From NCBI GenBank assembly GCA_965246715.1, contig CBDFFH010000041.1, positions 64,001 through 128,000 of the forward strand: 64,000 nt of DNA, in the 5' to 3' direction. Positions 51,044-62,975 of this stretch are shown piece after piece (position 1 is the first letter of the stretch; each line of letters starts with the position of its first letter). The stretch comes from Chamaesiphon sp. (GTDB lineage Bacteria > Cyanobacteriota > Cyanobacteriia > Cyanobacteriales > Chamaesiphonaceae). The notes under the pieces are model-generated. The model saw only the letters and a list, made by a program, of their open reading frames with translations, ran no database searches and was not told the origin of the DNA. Position numbers and translations under genes: made by a program.

Positions 51044-51364
51044 ATGTTGAAATTAACATCAGTTATTATGGGGCTGCTTGCTGCGGCAAGCCTCGCCCAG
51101 CCATCACTAGCAGCCACTAATGCTAGTAGTCTCGCCAACCCAGTTGTGGCTCGACCTGCCGACAATCTCCAAGCTCAACTAATTATCAAGATTGGTGACA
51201 ATTCGCGCGATAACGACCGTTACCGTTATTCTGACCACGATCGCGAACGGTACGAACGGGAGCGATGGGAAGCAAAACGCCGCCGCTACCAAGAGTATCG
51301 CGAACACCGTTCTGACAGATACAGGGAGCGGTATGAAGATCGGCATGACAATTATCGACGTTAA
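51044..51364 (+). CDS. Small secreted protein with R/D/E/Y-rich tail
   Basis: Signal peptide, NLQAQLIIKIG, charged repeats. Confidence 0.7.
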   Translation: MLKLTSVIMGLLAAASLAQPSLAATNASSLANPVVARPADNLQAQLIIKIGDNSRDNDRYRYSDHDRERYERERWEAKRRRYQEYREHRSDRYRERYEDRHDNYRR

Positions 51365-51403
51365 TCCGAATCAAGCAGCTAACAGACGATTTGCTGTGGA
51401 ACT

Positions 51404-51447
51404 ATTCAGGCGAGGGAGGTTCGAGCGCGAGCCTCCCTCGCCTGAAT
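51404..51447. terminator. Hairpin between convergent genes
   Basis: ATTCAGGCGAGGGAGG/CCTCCCTCGCCTGAAT. Confidence 0.75.
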
Positions 51448-51462
51448 TAATTTAGGCTAGAT

Positions 51463-54400
51463 CTAGATATTGTCGCCTAATTTAAATGGGGATTGATGCA
51501 TTTGACCGATCGCTTGCGTGAGATGTTCGATCTCATTCAATAGTGGCGCGAGCATCGCCTGCATGGGTAATTCAGTCGACTCAAAGCTACTGTTAGCAAT
51601 TACTTCTTCGACTTGGAGCGCTAATTGCGCGATCGCAACAGCACCGACATTGGCACTAGCACCTTTGATCTCGTGGATATGGTGTTCGATCGTCCCTACA
51701 TCTCGATTGGCGAGTGCCGCGCGCACGATTTGCAATTGTTGTTGGTTATTAGTTACAAAAACTTGCAAGATCGCGCGCTCGAATTCAGCATTACCTTCAG
51801 ATAGTTCGTGGAGATAGTTTAGATCTACAGGCAATTCCGGCGGATCGACAGGAGCGAGCTGCCGCGCTTGGGGCAAGTTCTGACTTACCTGGCTACTTGG
51901 TGCGGCAGTGATACTTGCATCGTTATTTGACGATAACGATCGGGTACACTCAGCGATCTTGGCAGCAAGTTCTTCCTTGCGCACGGGTTTAGATAAAAAG
52001 TCGTCCATTCCGGCTGCCATTGCTAATTCTAGATCCTCTTTCATGGCACTTGCCGTCAGGGCAATCACGATCGTGTGACGCAGATTGCCCTCATTTTGGC
52101 GGATTCTTCTGGTAGTAGCATAGCCATCGAGTCTGGGCATATGACAATCCATCAAGATCGCATCGTAATCTTGGCAGGCAATCTTCGCCAGTACCTCTTC
52201 GCCATCGCAGGCGAGATCGGCTTCATAGCCCAAATTTTTGAGTTGATTGAGCGCGACTTTCTGATTGATCTTATTGTCCTCCGCCACGAGGATCCGCAAG
52301 CCAATTTGTAGTTTTTGTGGCAGTGGTGGCTTGGGTGCGGTCGCATTTTCAAACGATCGAGTTGCATTAGCAGCATTCGTGGCGTTCGATTCGGTAAATT
52401 TATTGAGGATCGCCAGCGGTTTGGCGGGTTTGAAGGAGTAGCCAGCAATCTTCCCTTGCTTGAGAAGCAGTTGGGCGCGATCGTATTCATCGAACGCCAC
52501 CGTAGCAATTATCCGCAGATTAGCTAGTTCGGCATAGCGCCCGATCTGCTCTGGCAAGGAGATCTCGGGGCTATCGGGGAAGATCGGATCGGTGATGAGT
52601 AGGTCGAATGGCTCGCCGCCGCGCACCGCCTCCAGTAGGAGATTAGTCGCGGTAATTGTCGTCGTCGTCGTACTCACGATCGCCCCATAATGTTCTGCCG
52701 CTGCCGCAACTGCATAACGACTATGATCCCAATTTCCGGCGATCAGTAAGCGCTTGCCCCGGATCGCCCGCGTGAGTTTGTGACTGTTTTCTGCGTCCTG
52801 AATATTTTCTGCGGTGACACTTGCCCGACTGCAAGTGAGTGTGAACCAAAAAATCGATCCGGCATCTGGCGCGCTAATTACGCCGATCTCGCCGCCCATC
52901 TTTTCGATCAACCGCTTGGATATTGCCAATCCCAATCCCGTACCACCATATTGCCGAGTCGTAGAAGAATCAGCTTGGGAAAATGATTGAAAAATTTTGT
53001 CTTGACTATCGGGGGCGATCCCGATACCCGTATCCTGAACTTGAACGTAAAGTGTCGTCTGCCGATCGGTAGTCGCGATCGCGCTAATATCGATCGATAC
53101 TCCGCCGCGCTCGGTAAACTTAACGGCATTACCGATTAAATTAGTTAATACTTGATTCAATCTTGTCGGATCGCCTTGGAGATTGTTCGGAATATTTTGT
53201 TCGATCCGGCAACTTAATTCGATGCCTTTAGAATAAGCATTATTGGCTAAGACATCGATCGTCTGCTCGACGGTGTTAGTCAGATTGAAGTTAATCTTTT
53301 CTAAGTGCATTTCACCTGCTTCGATCTTAGAAAAGTCTAAAATTTCATTGATTACTGTCAATAAGTTATCCGAACTACCCCGAATGACTTCAACGAATTC
53401 TCTTTGTTCTTCGTTAAGATTGGTTCCTAGCAATAGATCTGTATAACCGACTATTCCATTCATCGGCGTGCGGATTTCATGGCTCATATTTGCTAAGAAA
53501 GCACTCTTCATCTTGCCAGCTGCCTCTGCCAGTTGCCGCGCTTTTTCTAAGGCAATATTTTCTTTAGTTAATTCTTGCCGACTATTCCGTTCGCGTTCGA
53601 TCAATAATGATTGTAGTTGTTTAGATGCGGTGATATCTTCAATTACTAATAAAAATCCCGATACTACTGAAATCTCTTCGATCTTTTTACCATCGATGAT
53701 ATCACGCTGGATTTCCTGCCAATTAAATAACGGCTCCAATCGCAGTGTGAAAATCTTGTCGTTATGTTTGACTTCTTTGGCTGGCAAACTCCGATAAGTA
53801 TGTAGATCGCGGAGATGATTTTCCCACTCTTCTAATGTCAGCCAGTTGGGAATCAAGCAGCGCTCGATTTTATCGCCGACATTGATATTTAAGAGTTGCG
53901 AAGCTACCGAATTACAAAACCATACCGTTCCGTCTAATTCGGTGGCTAATAGTCCCATCGATAAACTATTGGCGATCGCCGTCTGCGCGGATTGTGCTCG
54001 GCCTAATTCAGCTGCGAGGGTGGCTAATTTAGCAACTTTACCAACAGGAATCGGCGAAAAATGTGGGTTGTCTTCAGCAACGATCGTGCGGGCGACTAAG
54101 TTAATTTGATGGGTTTGCCACAGTCTGTCGATTTCGCGTTTGACGAGAAAGTCAGTGTATTGACGCTCGAAATAAGCGACTCCGATTGTCGTCAGTAAAA
54201 CGAGCGCGATCGGTGAGGCTACTGGGAACCAATAATTATTGGCTAAAGCTACCGTGACGAGCGCCACCCAACCCCCACTTAAGGCTAGTACACCTAGCAA
54301 TCTTTGGCCGTGCGAGAGCCGACTGAGTCGATCGCTCAAAATCGGACTAACGCCTAATAAAATTAATAGCAACCATTCATTGGGGATGATTTGTAATTGA

Positions 54401-55260
54401 TTGCGTTGGAGGAGATTATCGACGACCGCCGCATGAAGATAAATACTGCTTGCCCCTTCTCCGCGATCGAATGGCGTATCGATCCGATCGATCCCACCAG
54501 CAGTTACGCCAACTAAAATAATTTTGTTATTAAATCCTTTTTCCAGCAACTGGCGATCGCGATCGGTCTTCGGATTTAGGAGCGAACTAAATGAATAATG
54601 ATGGGCATTACTGACTTTACCCGGCCAATTAATCCAGAAGTTACGATCGTTGGGCGGACGTTCGATTTCTGGATAGTTACTCAGATTGTATCCTTCGATC
54701 GTCATCCAAGCTAGGGAATAAGTCTCTTTTTTATAGGGTTGAACTTGTCGGATCGTCCCATCGTTACTTTTGACTTTATCGATGTGTCCGACAGCTTGAG
54801 CTGCGGCTTTTAATCTCCGGGTGGGCGCAACAAGTTTGCCATTGCGATCCCAATTTTGGGCGAGGATGACAGCACCATGTTTATTAATTGCCTTAATAAA
54901 TTCGTCATCAGCAGGTGTCATATTGCTGAAAATATCTTCAAAGGCGATCGTGCTAGCTTTTGCTTTATGCAGAATATCAATCGCTTTGGCATAATAATCG
55001 CGATTGCCTGGTAAATCTCTAAATTCAGCAACGCTAGCATCGTCGATCTCAACCACCACAACGCGATCGTCCCAAGCTCGCTCTCCCCGCAGCTCAGTCA
55101 ACCGATTGTATGCGAAATCTTCCACTGGTTGACTGGCACCTAGTTGCACTAAGCCAATCGCGATCGCTGCCGCTATCGGCCCAGGCAGCCACCGCCAGAC
55201 AGATCGCAGATTCTCTGGAAACTGTTGCGACAGGTTGGTGAATCGAGTGAGATAGTTCAA
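51463..55260 (-). CDS. CHASE2 hybrid histidine kinase (HisKA, HATPase, REC x2, Hpt)
   Basis: [45 protein letters not shown]. Confidence 0.93.
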   Translation of the reverse strand: MNYLTRFTNLSQQFPENLRSVWRWLPGPIAAAIAIGLVQLGASQPVEDFAYNRLTELRGERAWDDRVVVVEIDDASVAEFRDLPGNRDYYAKAIDILHKAKASTIAFEDIFSNMTPADDEFIKAINKHGAVILAQNWDRNGKLVAPTRRLKAAAQAVGHIDKVKSNDGTIRQVQPYKKETYSLAWMTIEGYNLSNYPEIERPPNDRNFWINWPGKVSNAHHYSFSSLLNPKTDRDRQLLEKGFNNKIILVGVTAGGIDRIDTPFDRGEGASSIYLHAAVVDNLLQRNQLQIIPNEWLLLILLGVSPILSDRLSRLSHGQRLLGVLALSGGWVALVTVALANNYWFPVASPIALVLLTTIGVAYFERQYTDFLVKREIDRLWQTHQINLVARTIVAEDNPHFSPIPVGKVAKLATLAAELGRAQSAQTAIANSLSMGLLATELDGTVWFCNSVASQLLNINVGDKIERCLIPNWLTLEEWENHLRDLHTYRSLPAKEVKHNDKIFTLRLEPLFNWQEIQRDIIDGKKIEEISVVSGFLLVIEDITASKQLQSLLIERERNSRQELTKENIALEKARQLAEAAGKMKSAFLANMSHEIRTPMNGIVGYTDLLLGTNLNEEQREFVEVIRGSSDNLLTVINEILDFSKIEAGEMHLEKINFNLTNTVEQTIDVLANNAYSKGIELSCRIEQNIPNNLQGDPTRLNQVLTNLIGNAVKFTERGGVSIDISAIATTDRQTTLYVQVQDTGIGIAPDSQDKIFQSFSQADSSTTRQYGGTGLGLAISKRLIEKMGGEIGVISAPDAGSIFWFTLTCSRASVTAENIQDAENSHKLTRAIRGKRLLIAGNWDHSRYAVAAAAEHYGAIVSTTTTTITATNLLLEAVRGGEPFDLLITDPIFPDSPEISLPEQIGRYAELANLRIIATVAFDEYDRAQLLLKQGKIAGYSFKPAKPLAILNKFTESNATNAANATRSFENATAPKPPLPQKLQIGLRILVAEDNKINQKVALNQLKNLGYEADLACDGEEVLAKIACQDYDAILMDCHMPRLDGYATTRRIRQNEGNLRHTIVIALTASAMKEDLELAMAAGMDDFLSKPVRKEELAAKIAECTRSLSSNNDASITAAPSSQVSQNLPQARQLAPVDPPELPVDLNYLHELSEGNAEFERAILQVFVTNNQQQLQIVRAALANRDVGTIEHHIHEIKGASANVGAVAIAQLALQVEEVIANSSFESTELPMQAMLAPLLNEIEHLTQAIGQMHQSPFKLGDNI

Positions 55261-55338
55261 GTTTAATGACTGGGGTTCGGTGGGCGCGGCAATAATCGAT
55301 CGCTGAAGATCGCTCTAGTTTCATAGAATACCTGCAAT

Positions 55339-56469
55339 CTAAGTACTTGCAATCGGCAACATAGCGGTTAAAACCGCTCGAATCGCTGCATCTGAAACTA
55401 AAGTTCCGGTCGAATCCCCTACTTCATAAGCGATCGTTTTCGTCGCCCCAATTGTAGTAGGGAGGATAAATATTCCTTTACCAGCTTTAACTTTTTTATC
55501 AGATTTGAGCGTTTCAATAATTTTAGCTAAATCGATGGGCGGTAGTTCGATCGCTAAATCTGCTTTTTGAATTACGGCTTCTTGTCGTTGTGCCTCAGTA
55601 TCCGTCCACAGTTGGAGCTTTACAGCCAATCGTCCGGCTGCCACCATCCCTAAAGCCACAGCTTCACCGTGATTTACTTCAGTATAGTTAGTCACGCTTT
55701 CGATCGCATGACCGATCGTATGCCCATAATTGAGCGTTGCCCGCAGTCCGGTAATTTCGTGTTCGTCTTGACTGACAACAGCTGCTTTTGCTCCAGCCGA
55801 TCGTGCTAAAATAGTAGCTATAAGTTCTAAACTAACATCGCTCTGCTTGAGTCTACGAGACTGCTCCAATCGCTCGAACAAGACTCGATCGTTAATAACC
55901 CCATATTTAATTACTTCGGCCATTCCCGCCCGAAATTCTCGCGCTGGCAGCGTCGCCAAGACTTCTGGATCGGCGAGCACTAGTCTCGGTTGATGAAACG
56001 CACCGATCAGATTTTTCCCTTTGGGATGATTGACCCCGGTTTTACCGCCGATCGACGAATCTACCATCGCGAGTAAGGTCGTGGGCACCTGCACCACATT
56101 GATGCCCCGCAGCCAGGTAGCTGCCGCAAATCCCGTCATATCTCCAATCACGCCACCACCCAATGCTACCAGGGTAGACGAGCGTTCTAGCCCATTTGCC
56201 AGTGCGAGATCGTGGATGTGTTCGATCGATTTAGGCGTTTTATAGCGTTCGCCATCTGGCAATTCGCAGGATGATACTTCAAACCCAGCTTGTCGCAAAG
56301 ATGCGAGCGTCTGTGCCCCATACAGTTTAGCTACTGTGGGATTGGATACTACCATCACCTTCTGACCCAATTGCAGCGCGCGGCACTTTGCCCCCAACCG
56401 ATCGAGATTTCCAGCAGCGATCGAAATATCATACGAGCGATCGCCTAAATTGACTTGAATCGATTCCAT
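55339..56469 (-). CDS. aroB: 3-dehydroquinate synthase
   Basis: [34 protein letters not shown]. Confidence 0.96.
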   Translation of the reverse strand: MESIQVNLGDRSYDISIAAGNLDRLGAKCRALQLGQKVMVVSNPTVAKLYGAQTLASLRQAGFEVSSCELPDGERYKTPKSIEHIHDLALANGLERSSTLVALGGGVIGDMTGFAAATWLRGINVVQVPTTLLAMVDSSIGGKTGVNHPKGKNLIGAFHQPRLVLADPEVLATLPAREFRAGMAEVIKYGVINDRVLFERLEQSRRLKQSDVSLELIATILARSAGAKAAVVSQDEHEITGLRATLNYGHTIGHAIESVTNYTEVNHGEAVALGMVAAGRLAVKLQLWTDTEAQRQEAVIQKADLAIELPPIDLAKIIETLKSDKKVKAGKGIFILPTTIGATKTIAYEVGDSTGTLVSDAAIRAVLTAMLPIAST

Positions 56470-56598
56470 GAGCGATGAGTTGTGAATATATCTTAAATTG
56501 TAGATGTCCGAGGCGATGATTCGATCGGCTGTCTTATATCCGCTACGATCCAGTCAATGATTTAATATTAGATGAATAGTTCTTATGGAGATAAATTC

Positions 56599-56694
56599 AT
56601 GTCTGGAGCGATCGCTTATCTAGGCTTCATGGGTATCATGTTTGGGATTGCCATGGGTCTGTTCTTTGGATTGAGAGCAACTAAGCTAATTTAG
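56599..56694 (+). CDS. petL: Cytochrome b6f subunit PetL
   Basis: MSGAIAYLGFMGIMFGIAMGLFFGLRATKLI; GGAG RBS; below the ORF-track size cutoff. Confidence 0.85.
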   Translation: MSGAIAYLGFMGIMFGIAMGLFFGLRATKLI

Positions 56695-56729
56695 GGGATA
56701 GGGAATAGGGGATAGGGAATAGAGGATAG
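56692..56729. repeat. STRR-type heptamer array (TAGGGGA/TAGGGAA)
   Basis: Five tandem units; shorter runs at about 4073-4115, 15548-15568, 42225-42253 and 48535-48550. Confidence 0.8.
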
Positions 56730-56829
56730 TGGCTAGTAACTAGTGTATCAAGCCATCCACTCACCCGCACCCCCTTACCCTTTCACCCTTTCACTCCCTT
56801 ACCTCATCTTCACACCTCAGAACCTTGCG

Positions 56830-57645
56830 ATGAAATCTTACCTTGCTGCTGCGATTCAAATGACGAGTTTGCCAGATCTAGAGAAAAATCTGGCTCATGC
56901 AGAAGAACTAATCGAACTAGCCGTGCGTCGGGGTGCTGAGTTGGTTAGTCTGCCCGAGAATTTTGCTTTTCTGGGTACTGAAGAAGATAAGATCGAACTG
57001 GCTCAAACAATTGCGACGCAAACCGAAAAATTCCTCAAAACAGCAGCCCAAAAATTTCAAGTCACCTTAGTCGGTGGTGGGTTTCCGGTACCTGTGGGAA
57101 CTGAGGGTAAGGTCTACAATACCGCATTGCTAGTCGGCCCCAATGGCGAAGAACTGAGTAGATACGAGAAGACACATTTATTCGATGTCAATCTTCCGGA
57201 TGGCAATACCTATCGCGAGTCGAAAACTGTAATGGCGGGGCTAAAATTGCCCGATGTGTATCACTCTCCCGACTTAGGCGGGATCGGTTTATCAGTCTGC
57301 TATGATGTCCGGTTTCCAGAGTTATACCGCCATTTATCCAAATTAGGTGCGGATGTGTTGTTTGTGCCAGCAGCATTTACTGCTTACACTGGTAAAGACC
57401 ACTGGCAAGTTTTATTGCAAGCTCGGGCGATCGAAAATACCTGTTATGCGATCGCTCCCGCACAAACTGGCACCCACTATGCGATGCGTCAAACTCACGG
57501 ACATGCGATGATTATCGATCCTTGGGGGGTTATTTTAGCTGATGCTGGCGATTTACCTGGTGTTGCGATCGCTGAAATCAGTCCCGAGCGCCTGCTCCGC
57601 GCCCGCGCACAAATGCCCTCACTCCAGCATCGCGTTTTTGCTTGA
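56830..57645 (+). CDS. Carbon-nitrogen hydrolase (Nit1/deaminated glutathione amidase-like)
   Basis: LPENF, YEKTHLFD, VCYDVRFPE, RAIEN. Confidence 0.92.
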   Translation: MKSYLAAAIQMTSLPDLEKNLAHAEELIELAVRRGAELVSLPENFAFLGTEEDKIELAQTIATQTEKFLKTAAQKFQVTLVGGGFPVPVGTEGKVYNTALLVGPNGEELSRYEKTHLFDVNLPDGNTYRESKTVMAGLKLPDVYHSPDLGGIGLSVCYDVRFPELYRHLSKLGADVLFVPAAFTAYTGKDHWQVLLQARAIENTCYAIAPAQTGTHYAMRQTHGHAMIIDPWGVILADAGDLPGVAIAEISPERLLRARAQMPSLQHRVFA

Positions 57646-57749
57646 CCTCCCATATTCATAACCCACCAGCTAGATTTTGGGATAAATCTAGCTACAGAGT
57701 TTATATTTAATCGATCGACTCGTTATTAACTAACCTAACAGCAGAGTGT

Positions 57750-58043
57750 ATGACGACTGAGAATATTCAATTATTTAGTATTATTGTTAGCTTGTTATTG
57801 GCAGCGATGACATTCTTATTTATCTTTAGGATCGTGTTGACTTGGTATCCACAAGTCGAAAGTAAGAAGTTTCCGTTCAATATTGTCATCGCACCAACAG
57901 AGCCGTTTCTAGCTCCTTCTCGCAAGCTCATATCACCGATCGGTGGTGTGGATATTACACCGATTGTATGGGTGGCAATTATTAGTTTGATTCGCGAAGT
58001 TCTCGTCGGACAGCAAGGTTTGATTACGATGTTAACTCACTAA
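57750..58043 (+). CDS. YggT family membrane protein
   Basis: RIVLTWYP, TEPFL, GGVDITPI. Confidence 0.9.
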   Translation: MTTENIQLFSIIVSLLLAAMTFLFIFRIVLTWYPQVESKKFPFNIVIAPTEPFLAPSRKLISPIGGVDITPIVWVAIISLIREVLVGQQGLITMLTH

Positions 58044-58145
58044 TAGTCAGCAACTTTTTTAAGGTTATTTACCTAACCTAAGTTGCTACCTATAGAATTG
58101 CCAACGATTGAAATCGTTGTGAGTGTAAGTAGCAACTTGGGTTAC

Positions 58146-58685
58146 CTAAGTTGCGCGGATCAACTCGACCGCATCCTTGCCGTCGTACTCTTGAAAATAA
58201 ACCTTAATCTGCTCCTCACGAGATGTCGGGAGCTTTTTGCCGACGAAATCTGGATGAATGGGTACCTGCCGATGACCGCGATCGATCAAGACTGCGAGTA
58301 AAATATGTTTTGGTCTACCGTATTCATTGACAGCATTCAACGAAGCGCGAATAGTACGCCCTTGATAGATCACATCATCTACTAACACAACCGTCTTGCC
58401 AGTTAAGTCTACAGGTATTTCCGTTTTACTTGGCGTTCGCAACCCGATCGACTTGAGATCGTCGCGATAAAATGTAATATCTAAGGCTGCTACTGGAACT
58501 TTGACATGTTCTAAGATTTCAATCTGTCTGGCTAGCATATGTGCCAGTGGCACCCCTTTTGTCTGAATTCCGACTAATACTACCTCTGATAAATCTCGAC
58601 AGCGTTCGCCAATCTCCGAAGCCAATCGCACGATCGTTCTGCGGATTTCATCAGCCGTCAAGATTTCAACGATAGAATTAGGCAT
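58146..58685 (-). CDS. pyrR: PyrR / uracil phosphoribosyltransferase
   Basis: [36 protein letters not shown]. Confidence 0.95.
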   Translation of the reverse strand: MPNSIVEILTADEIRRTIVRLASEIGERCRDLSEVVLVGIQTKGVPLAHMLARQIEILEHVKVPVAALDITFYRDDLKSIGLRTPSKTEIPVDLTGKTVVLVDDVIYQGRTIRASLNAVNEYGRPKHILLAVLIDRGHRQVPIHPDFVGKKLPTSREEQIKVYFQEYDGKDAVELIRAT

Positions 58686-59168
58686 TGTTTAGAGGATCGG
58701 AATTAGCTATTAACTACTAACCATTTTAATGCTTTCGGCAAAACATAAAGGCATTAATTTGGACGCTTAATAAGGTGGGTATCTCTAGCGAGATCTTTCT
58801 CTTAGCATTTTTTCATGCGCCTAGCTTGTAGCAACATTATTTATGGGAGCGGAACCAAGCCACCATCGATACCTGAGTCTAGCGGTTGACACTCGATCGG
58901 TAGCTAGTTTCCCATCCGATCCACGTTCATCATCACAGGACAGATCGCTGCCGATTTTCGTTGCAGATTATTAAGCTTAACTCGATCGCGTTGGCAATCG
59001 TCAAGGTTTTGCCTAATCTGGATACAGGGTAAATTCCTCGACCCGTTGGGATAGCCTAGCGATCGTACTCTAGCAGCTCAAACCTAAATATATCTTCGAT
59101 CGCCAGTCGATCGACAAGCAATCTAGCAGACTCATAATATAAATTCACTCCAAAATCCAAAATTGACT

Positions 59169-59750
59169 ATGGCATATCAGTGGTTTAAATCTTTTCATAT
59201 TGTTGGTTTTACAGTGTGGTTTGCAGGTTTATTTTATTTGGTACGGTTATTTATTTACCATGTCGAGGCAAATGACAAGCCCGAACCCGCTAGAAGTATT
59301 CTCAAAAAGCAGTACCAAATCATGGAAAAACGGCTCTATAGTATTATTACTACGCCGGGAATGTTATTAACGATCGCAATGGCAGCGGGAATTATTTCGA
59401 CAGAACCTGAGATTATTCACGAACGCTGGTTGCATATTAAAATTGGATTGGTAGTCTTACTGCTCGGCTATCATCACTACTGTAAAACTTTGATGAAAAA
59501 ACTTGCAGTAGATGAGTGTAAATGGAGCGGTCAGCAACTCCGCGCGCTCAATGAATTACCTACCCTATTTTTGGTTGCGATCGTGTTACTCGCAATCTTT
59601 AAAAATGGTCTGCCTACCGATATTACTGGTTATCTAATTGTCGGATTGGTGGTGTTAATGGCTGCCACAATTCAACTCTATGCCCGCAAACGTCGCTTGG
59701 ATGCTGAAAAAATAGCAGCCGATCGAGTTACTACCGAGTTAGGTGTATAA
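59169..59750 (+). CDS. hemJ: Protoporphyrinogen oxidase HemJ
   Basis: WFKSFH, WFAGLFYLVRLFIYH, MEKRLY, RALNE. Confidence 0.94.
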   Translation: MAYQWFKSFHIVGFTVWFAGLFYLVRLFIYHVEANDKPEPARSILKKQYQIMEKRLYSIITTPGMLLTIAMAAGIISTEPEIIHERWLHIKIGLVVLLLGYHHYCKTLMKKLAVDECKWSGQQLRALNELPTLFLVAIVLLAIFKNGLPTDITGYLIVGLVVLMAATIQLYARKRRLDAEKIAADRVTTELGV

Positions 59751-59812
59751 GAACCAATCTAGGAAAGGTGGGCAATGTCCACCATTTTTAGTTAAAATAA
59801 TCAGCTATTTAA

Positions 59813-60526
59813 ATGCAAACTAAATCAAACTATACATCTACAGATATTCAAGCAATATTCAATCGGATCGCCCCGGTGTACGATCGCTTAAATGACGATC
59901 TGAGCTTTGGCATTCATTGGGTTTGGAAACAAATGACTGTAGCATGGAGCGGAGCTAAGCCGGGAGATAATTGTTTGGATTTGTGTTGTGGTAGTGGCGA
60001 TATCACCCAACTATTAGCAAAACAAGTCGGCCAGACTGGCAAGGTTATCGGTGCTGATTTTGCTCCCGCTCAATTGGCAAATGCAGCAGCAAGAATTACC
60101 CAGATTTATCCACCATTAACTCAAATTGAGTGGGTAGAAGCTGATGCCTTAAATCTCCAATTTGAGGATAATTATTTCGATGCGGCCACGATGGGTTATG
60201 GTTTACGCAACGTTACCGATATCCCGCGTTGTTTGCAAGAGTTACATCGAGTGTTGAAAGCTGATGCCCAGGTCGCAATTCTCGATTTTCATCGCCCCGA
60301 TAGTGCTGTCATCCGGCGCTTTCAACAATGGTATCTAGACGCGATCGTCGTGCCTAAAGCAACAGCATTGGGCATGATGGATGAATACGCTTACTTAAAC
60401 CCCAGCCTCGATCGATTTCCGACCGGACAAGATCAGGTGAGATTAGGTTTAGCCGCAGGGTTTAACACAGCGGTACATTACCCGATCGCGGCTGGAATGA
60501 TGGGTGTATTAGTCTTAACGAAGTAA
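59813..60526 (+). CDS. menG: UbiE/MenG-family methyltransferase
   Basis: IAPVYDRLND.LSFG, LDLCCGSGD, GYGLRNV. Confidence 0.88.
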   Translation: MQTKSNYTSTDIQAIFNRIAPVYDRLNDDLSFGIHWVWKQMTVAWSGAKPGDNCLDLCCGSGDITQLLAKQVGQTGKVIGADFAPAQLANAAARITQIYPPLTQIEWVEADALNLQFEDNYFDAATMGYGLRNVTDIPRCLQELHRVLKADAQVAILDFHRPDSAVIRRFQQWYLDAIVVPKATALGMMDEYAYLNPSLDRFPTGQDQVRLGLAAGFNTAVHYPIAAGMMGVLVLTK

Positions 60527-60890
60527 TCGCATGATGTTTAAATATATCTTATTTAAATTTTAGCCAACTAACATTCTGTTAAAATAACAATAATTTACAG
60601 CGTTTCAATCTTGCACCTAGCTTCGTTATATATATGGTAACTTTTTAGCACCGATCGATTTGTTCGCAGCTATAGTTACCAGCAAGATTTCCCGCTAATG
60701 CTCTCCCTCCAAGTTTCCATATTTGCTCCGCTACTGGCAATACCAAGGGGCTACAGGGCAAAGTTTATCGAGGAAATAGCACGTTCGCTCGGTAGTAAAA
60801 TCGGAACGGTTAATACCAGCATCTCGGAAACGCCAACTGATATCGGGCCAAGCCAGGATCGATGGTGTAGCTAAAACTGAAGGTCAGCCC

Positions 60891-62774
60891 ATGGAACGAG
60901 CGCTACATCAAAATGAAGATTACCAAAATCGAGCGATTACCGCGTTACAAATCGGCACTTTTGACTGTGACTTAGTTACCCAAACAGTTGTTTGGAACGA
61001 CGCGCAGATGTCATTACTAGGTTATGCACCGGGTGAAGTCGAGTGTTTTCAGGTAGATTGGGCAGGTCGCGTGCATCATCGCGATCTAGCTGGTGTAAAT
61101 GCGGCAATCGATCGAGCGATGGTTGAGGGTAACGAATACTCAGTTGAGTATCGCACGATCGGCGCAGATGCCAGTCTGCGTTGGCTCCGAGAAGTCGGCA
61201 GATTTGATTACGATCTCGATGGGCGACCGATCCGGCTGACTGGGATAACGCAGGATATTACTAGCTACAAGCAAACCGAGATCGCACTCAAAGAAAGCGA
61301 ACAGCGGATGATTTTGGCGCTTGATGGCGCGCGGATGGGTCTATTTGACTGGAACCTCGCGACCCAAGAAGTTACCTGGAATGCCTACCATGCGATCCTG
61401 CTCGGATACGCACCGGGAACCGCAGCTTCTTATCAAAATTGGGAGCGGCGAGTGCATCCAGCAGATTTGGATCGAGTCAACGCGGCGATCGATGTGGCGA
61501 TGAAAACGCGCACAGACTACGCTTCAGAATACCGCGTCGTTTGGGAAGATGGTAGTATCCATTGGATTCAAGGATTCGGTCGCTTTTACTACGATGATGA
61601 GGGCACGCCGATCCGGATGAGTGGTGTCATCTCCGATCTTACCGATCGCATTCAGTCAACATTAGCGCTGCGGGAGAGTGAATCGCGATTTCGGAGTACC
61701 TTCGAGCAAGCAGCAGTTGGGATCGCCCATGTGGATTTAGCTGGTCGCTGGCTGTTAGTCAATCACAAGCTGTGTGAAATATTAGGGTACACAGCCACAG
61801 AATTATCCGAGCTGAGTTTCCAAGATATTACATACGTTGAAGATCTCGCCACAGATTTGGAGTATGTCCGTCAGCTGATCGCTGGTGAGATCGACACTTA
61901 CACGATGGAAAAACGCTATATTAGCAAATCGGGTCGGCTCGTCTGGGCAAATCTGACAGTGTCATTGCGCCGAGACGCTACTGGTACGCCACTACATTTT
62001 ATTTCGGTAATCGAGCAAATCGACGATCGCAAACAAGCAGAATTTGACCTCCAAGCCCAAACTACCGAACTTGCCAAAATAAATAACTTGATGATGTCGA
62101 AAAATCAAGAACTAGATCGGTTTGCCCACGTTATCTCTCACGATCTCAAAGCACCCTTACGCGCGATTACCAATCTGTCGCAATGGATCGAAGAAGATCT
62201 CACTGGGGAATTAAACCCTGCGAGTCAACAGCATCTCGAATTGATGCGATCGCGTGTATATCGGATGGATGCAATGATTGATGGCATCCTCGAATATAGC
62301 CGGATTGGTAGGACTAAAATCGATTTAGAAACCTTTAGTGTCGATCGGTTGCTGGCAGAGATCGTCAGTTCGTTAAACATTCCCCCCAGTTTTACGATCC
62401 TCGTTCCGACCCAACTTCTGCCGATCTTCACCAATCGCGTCATGCTAGAGCGAGTCTTGACCAACTTAATTGCTAATGCTTACAAACATCACGATCTTCC
62501 CGACGGCACGATTCGAGTCACCGCAACACCCCAAGCCGATCGATGGGAATTTACCATTACCGATGATGGCCCAGGCATTGCCCCAGAACATCACGATCGG
62601 GTATTTGAAATCTTTCAAACGTTGGCTGGTTTTAATAAAGATAATACTGGAATCGGGCTATCGATCGTCAAGAAGATCGTCGAAAGTCAAGGCGGTAGCA
62701 TCTCGATCGTCTCTCCAGTAACAGAGCGCGGCACGACTTTTCGGTTTGACTGGATGCTAGCACCAACCCAGTAA
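60891..62774 (+). CDS. PAS x3 sensor histidine kinase
   Basis: VHPAD PAS repeats, SHDLKAPLR, DDGPGI, GIGL. Confidence 0.92.
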   Translation: MERALHQNEDYQNRAITALQIGTFDCDLVTQTVVWNDAQMSLLGYAPGEVECFQVDWAGRVHHRDLAGVNAAIDRAMVEGNEYSVEYRTIGADASLRWLREVGRFDYDLDGRPIRLTGITQDITSYKQTEIALKESEQRMILALDGARMGLFDWNLATQEVTWNAYHAILLGYAPGTAASYQNWERRVHPADLDRVNAAIDVAMKTRTDYASEYRVVWEDGSIHWIQGFGRFYYDDEGTPIRMSGVISDLTDRIQSTLALRESESRFRSTFEQAAVGIAHVDLAGRWLLVNHKLCEILGYTATELSELSFQDITYVEDLATDLEYVRQLIAGEIDTYTMEKRYISKSGRLVWANLTVSLRRDATGTPLHFISVIEQIDDRKQAEFDLQAQTTELAKINNLMMSKNQELDRFAHVISHDLKAPLRAITNLSQWIEEDLTGELNPASQQHLELMRSRVYRMDAMIDGILEYSRIGRTKIDLETFSVDRLLAEIVSSLNIPPSFTILVPTQLLPIFTNRVMLERVLTNLIANAYKHHDLPDGTIRVTATPQADRWEFTITDDGPGIAPEHHDRVFEIFQTLAGFNKDNTGIGLSIVKKIVESQGGSISIVSPVTERGTTFRFDWMLAPTQ

Positions 62775-62868
62775 TAGCCATAAGATCGGGCGGATAGGAT
62801 GGATGTGCGATCGCGTTAACTCACATCTTGTACCAGTACGAAAACATTAGTAATTAACGTATATCTTC

Positions 62869-62929
62869 AGGATACCCACAAGGGGCACCCCTACAGATAG
62901 ATTGTAGGGGTGCCCCTTGTGGGTATCCT
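62869..62929. repeat. Perfect 27-bp inverted repeat of GTAGGGG-type REP-like unit
   Basis: AGGATACCCACAAGGGGCACCCCTACA-GATAGAT-TGTAGGGGTGCCCCTTGTGGGTATCCT. Confidence 0.88.
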
Positions 62930-62975
62930 CGGGTCGCCGCAGCAATAGTATCTATGCATTGGTGCTCTACGAGCT

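Noticed and set aside
13367..62721. Numerous short ORFs overlapping or antisense to confident genes
   Set aside because: Shadow ORFs with no motifs.
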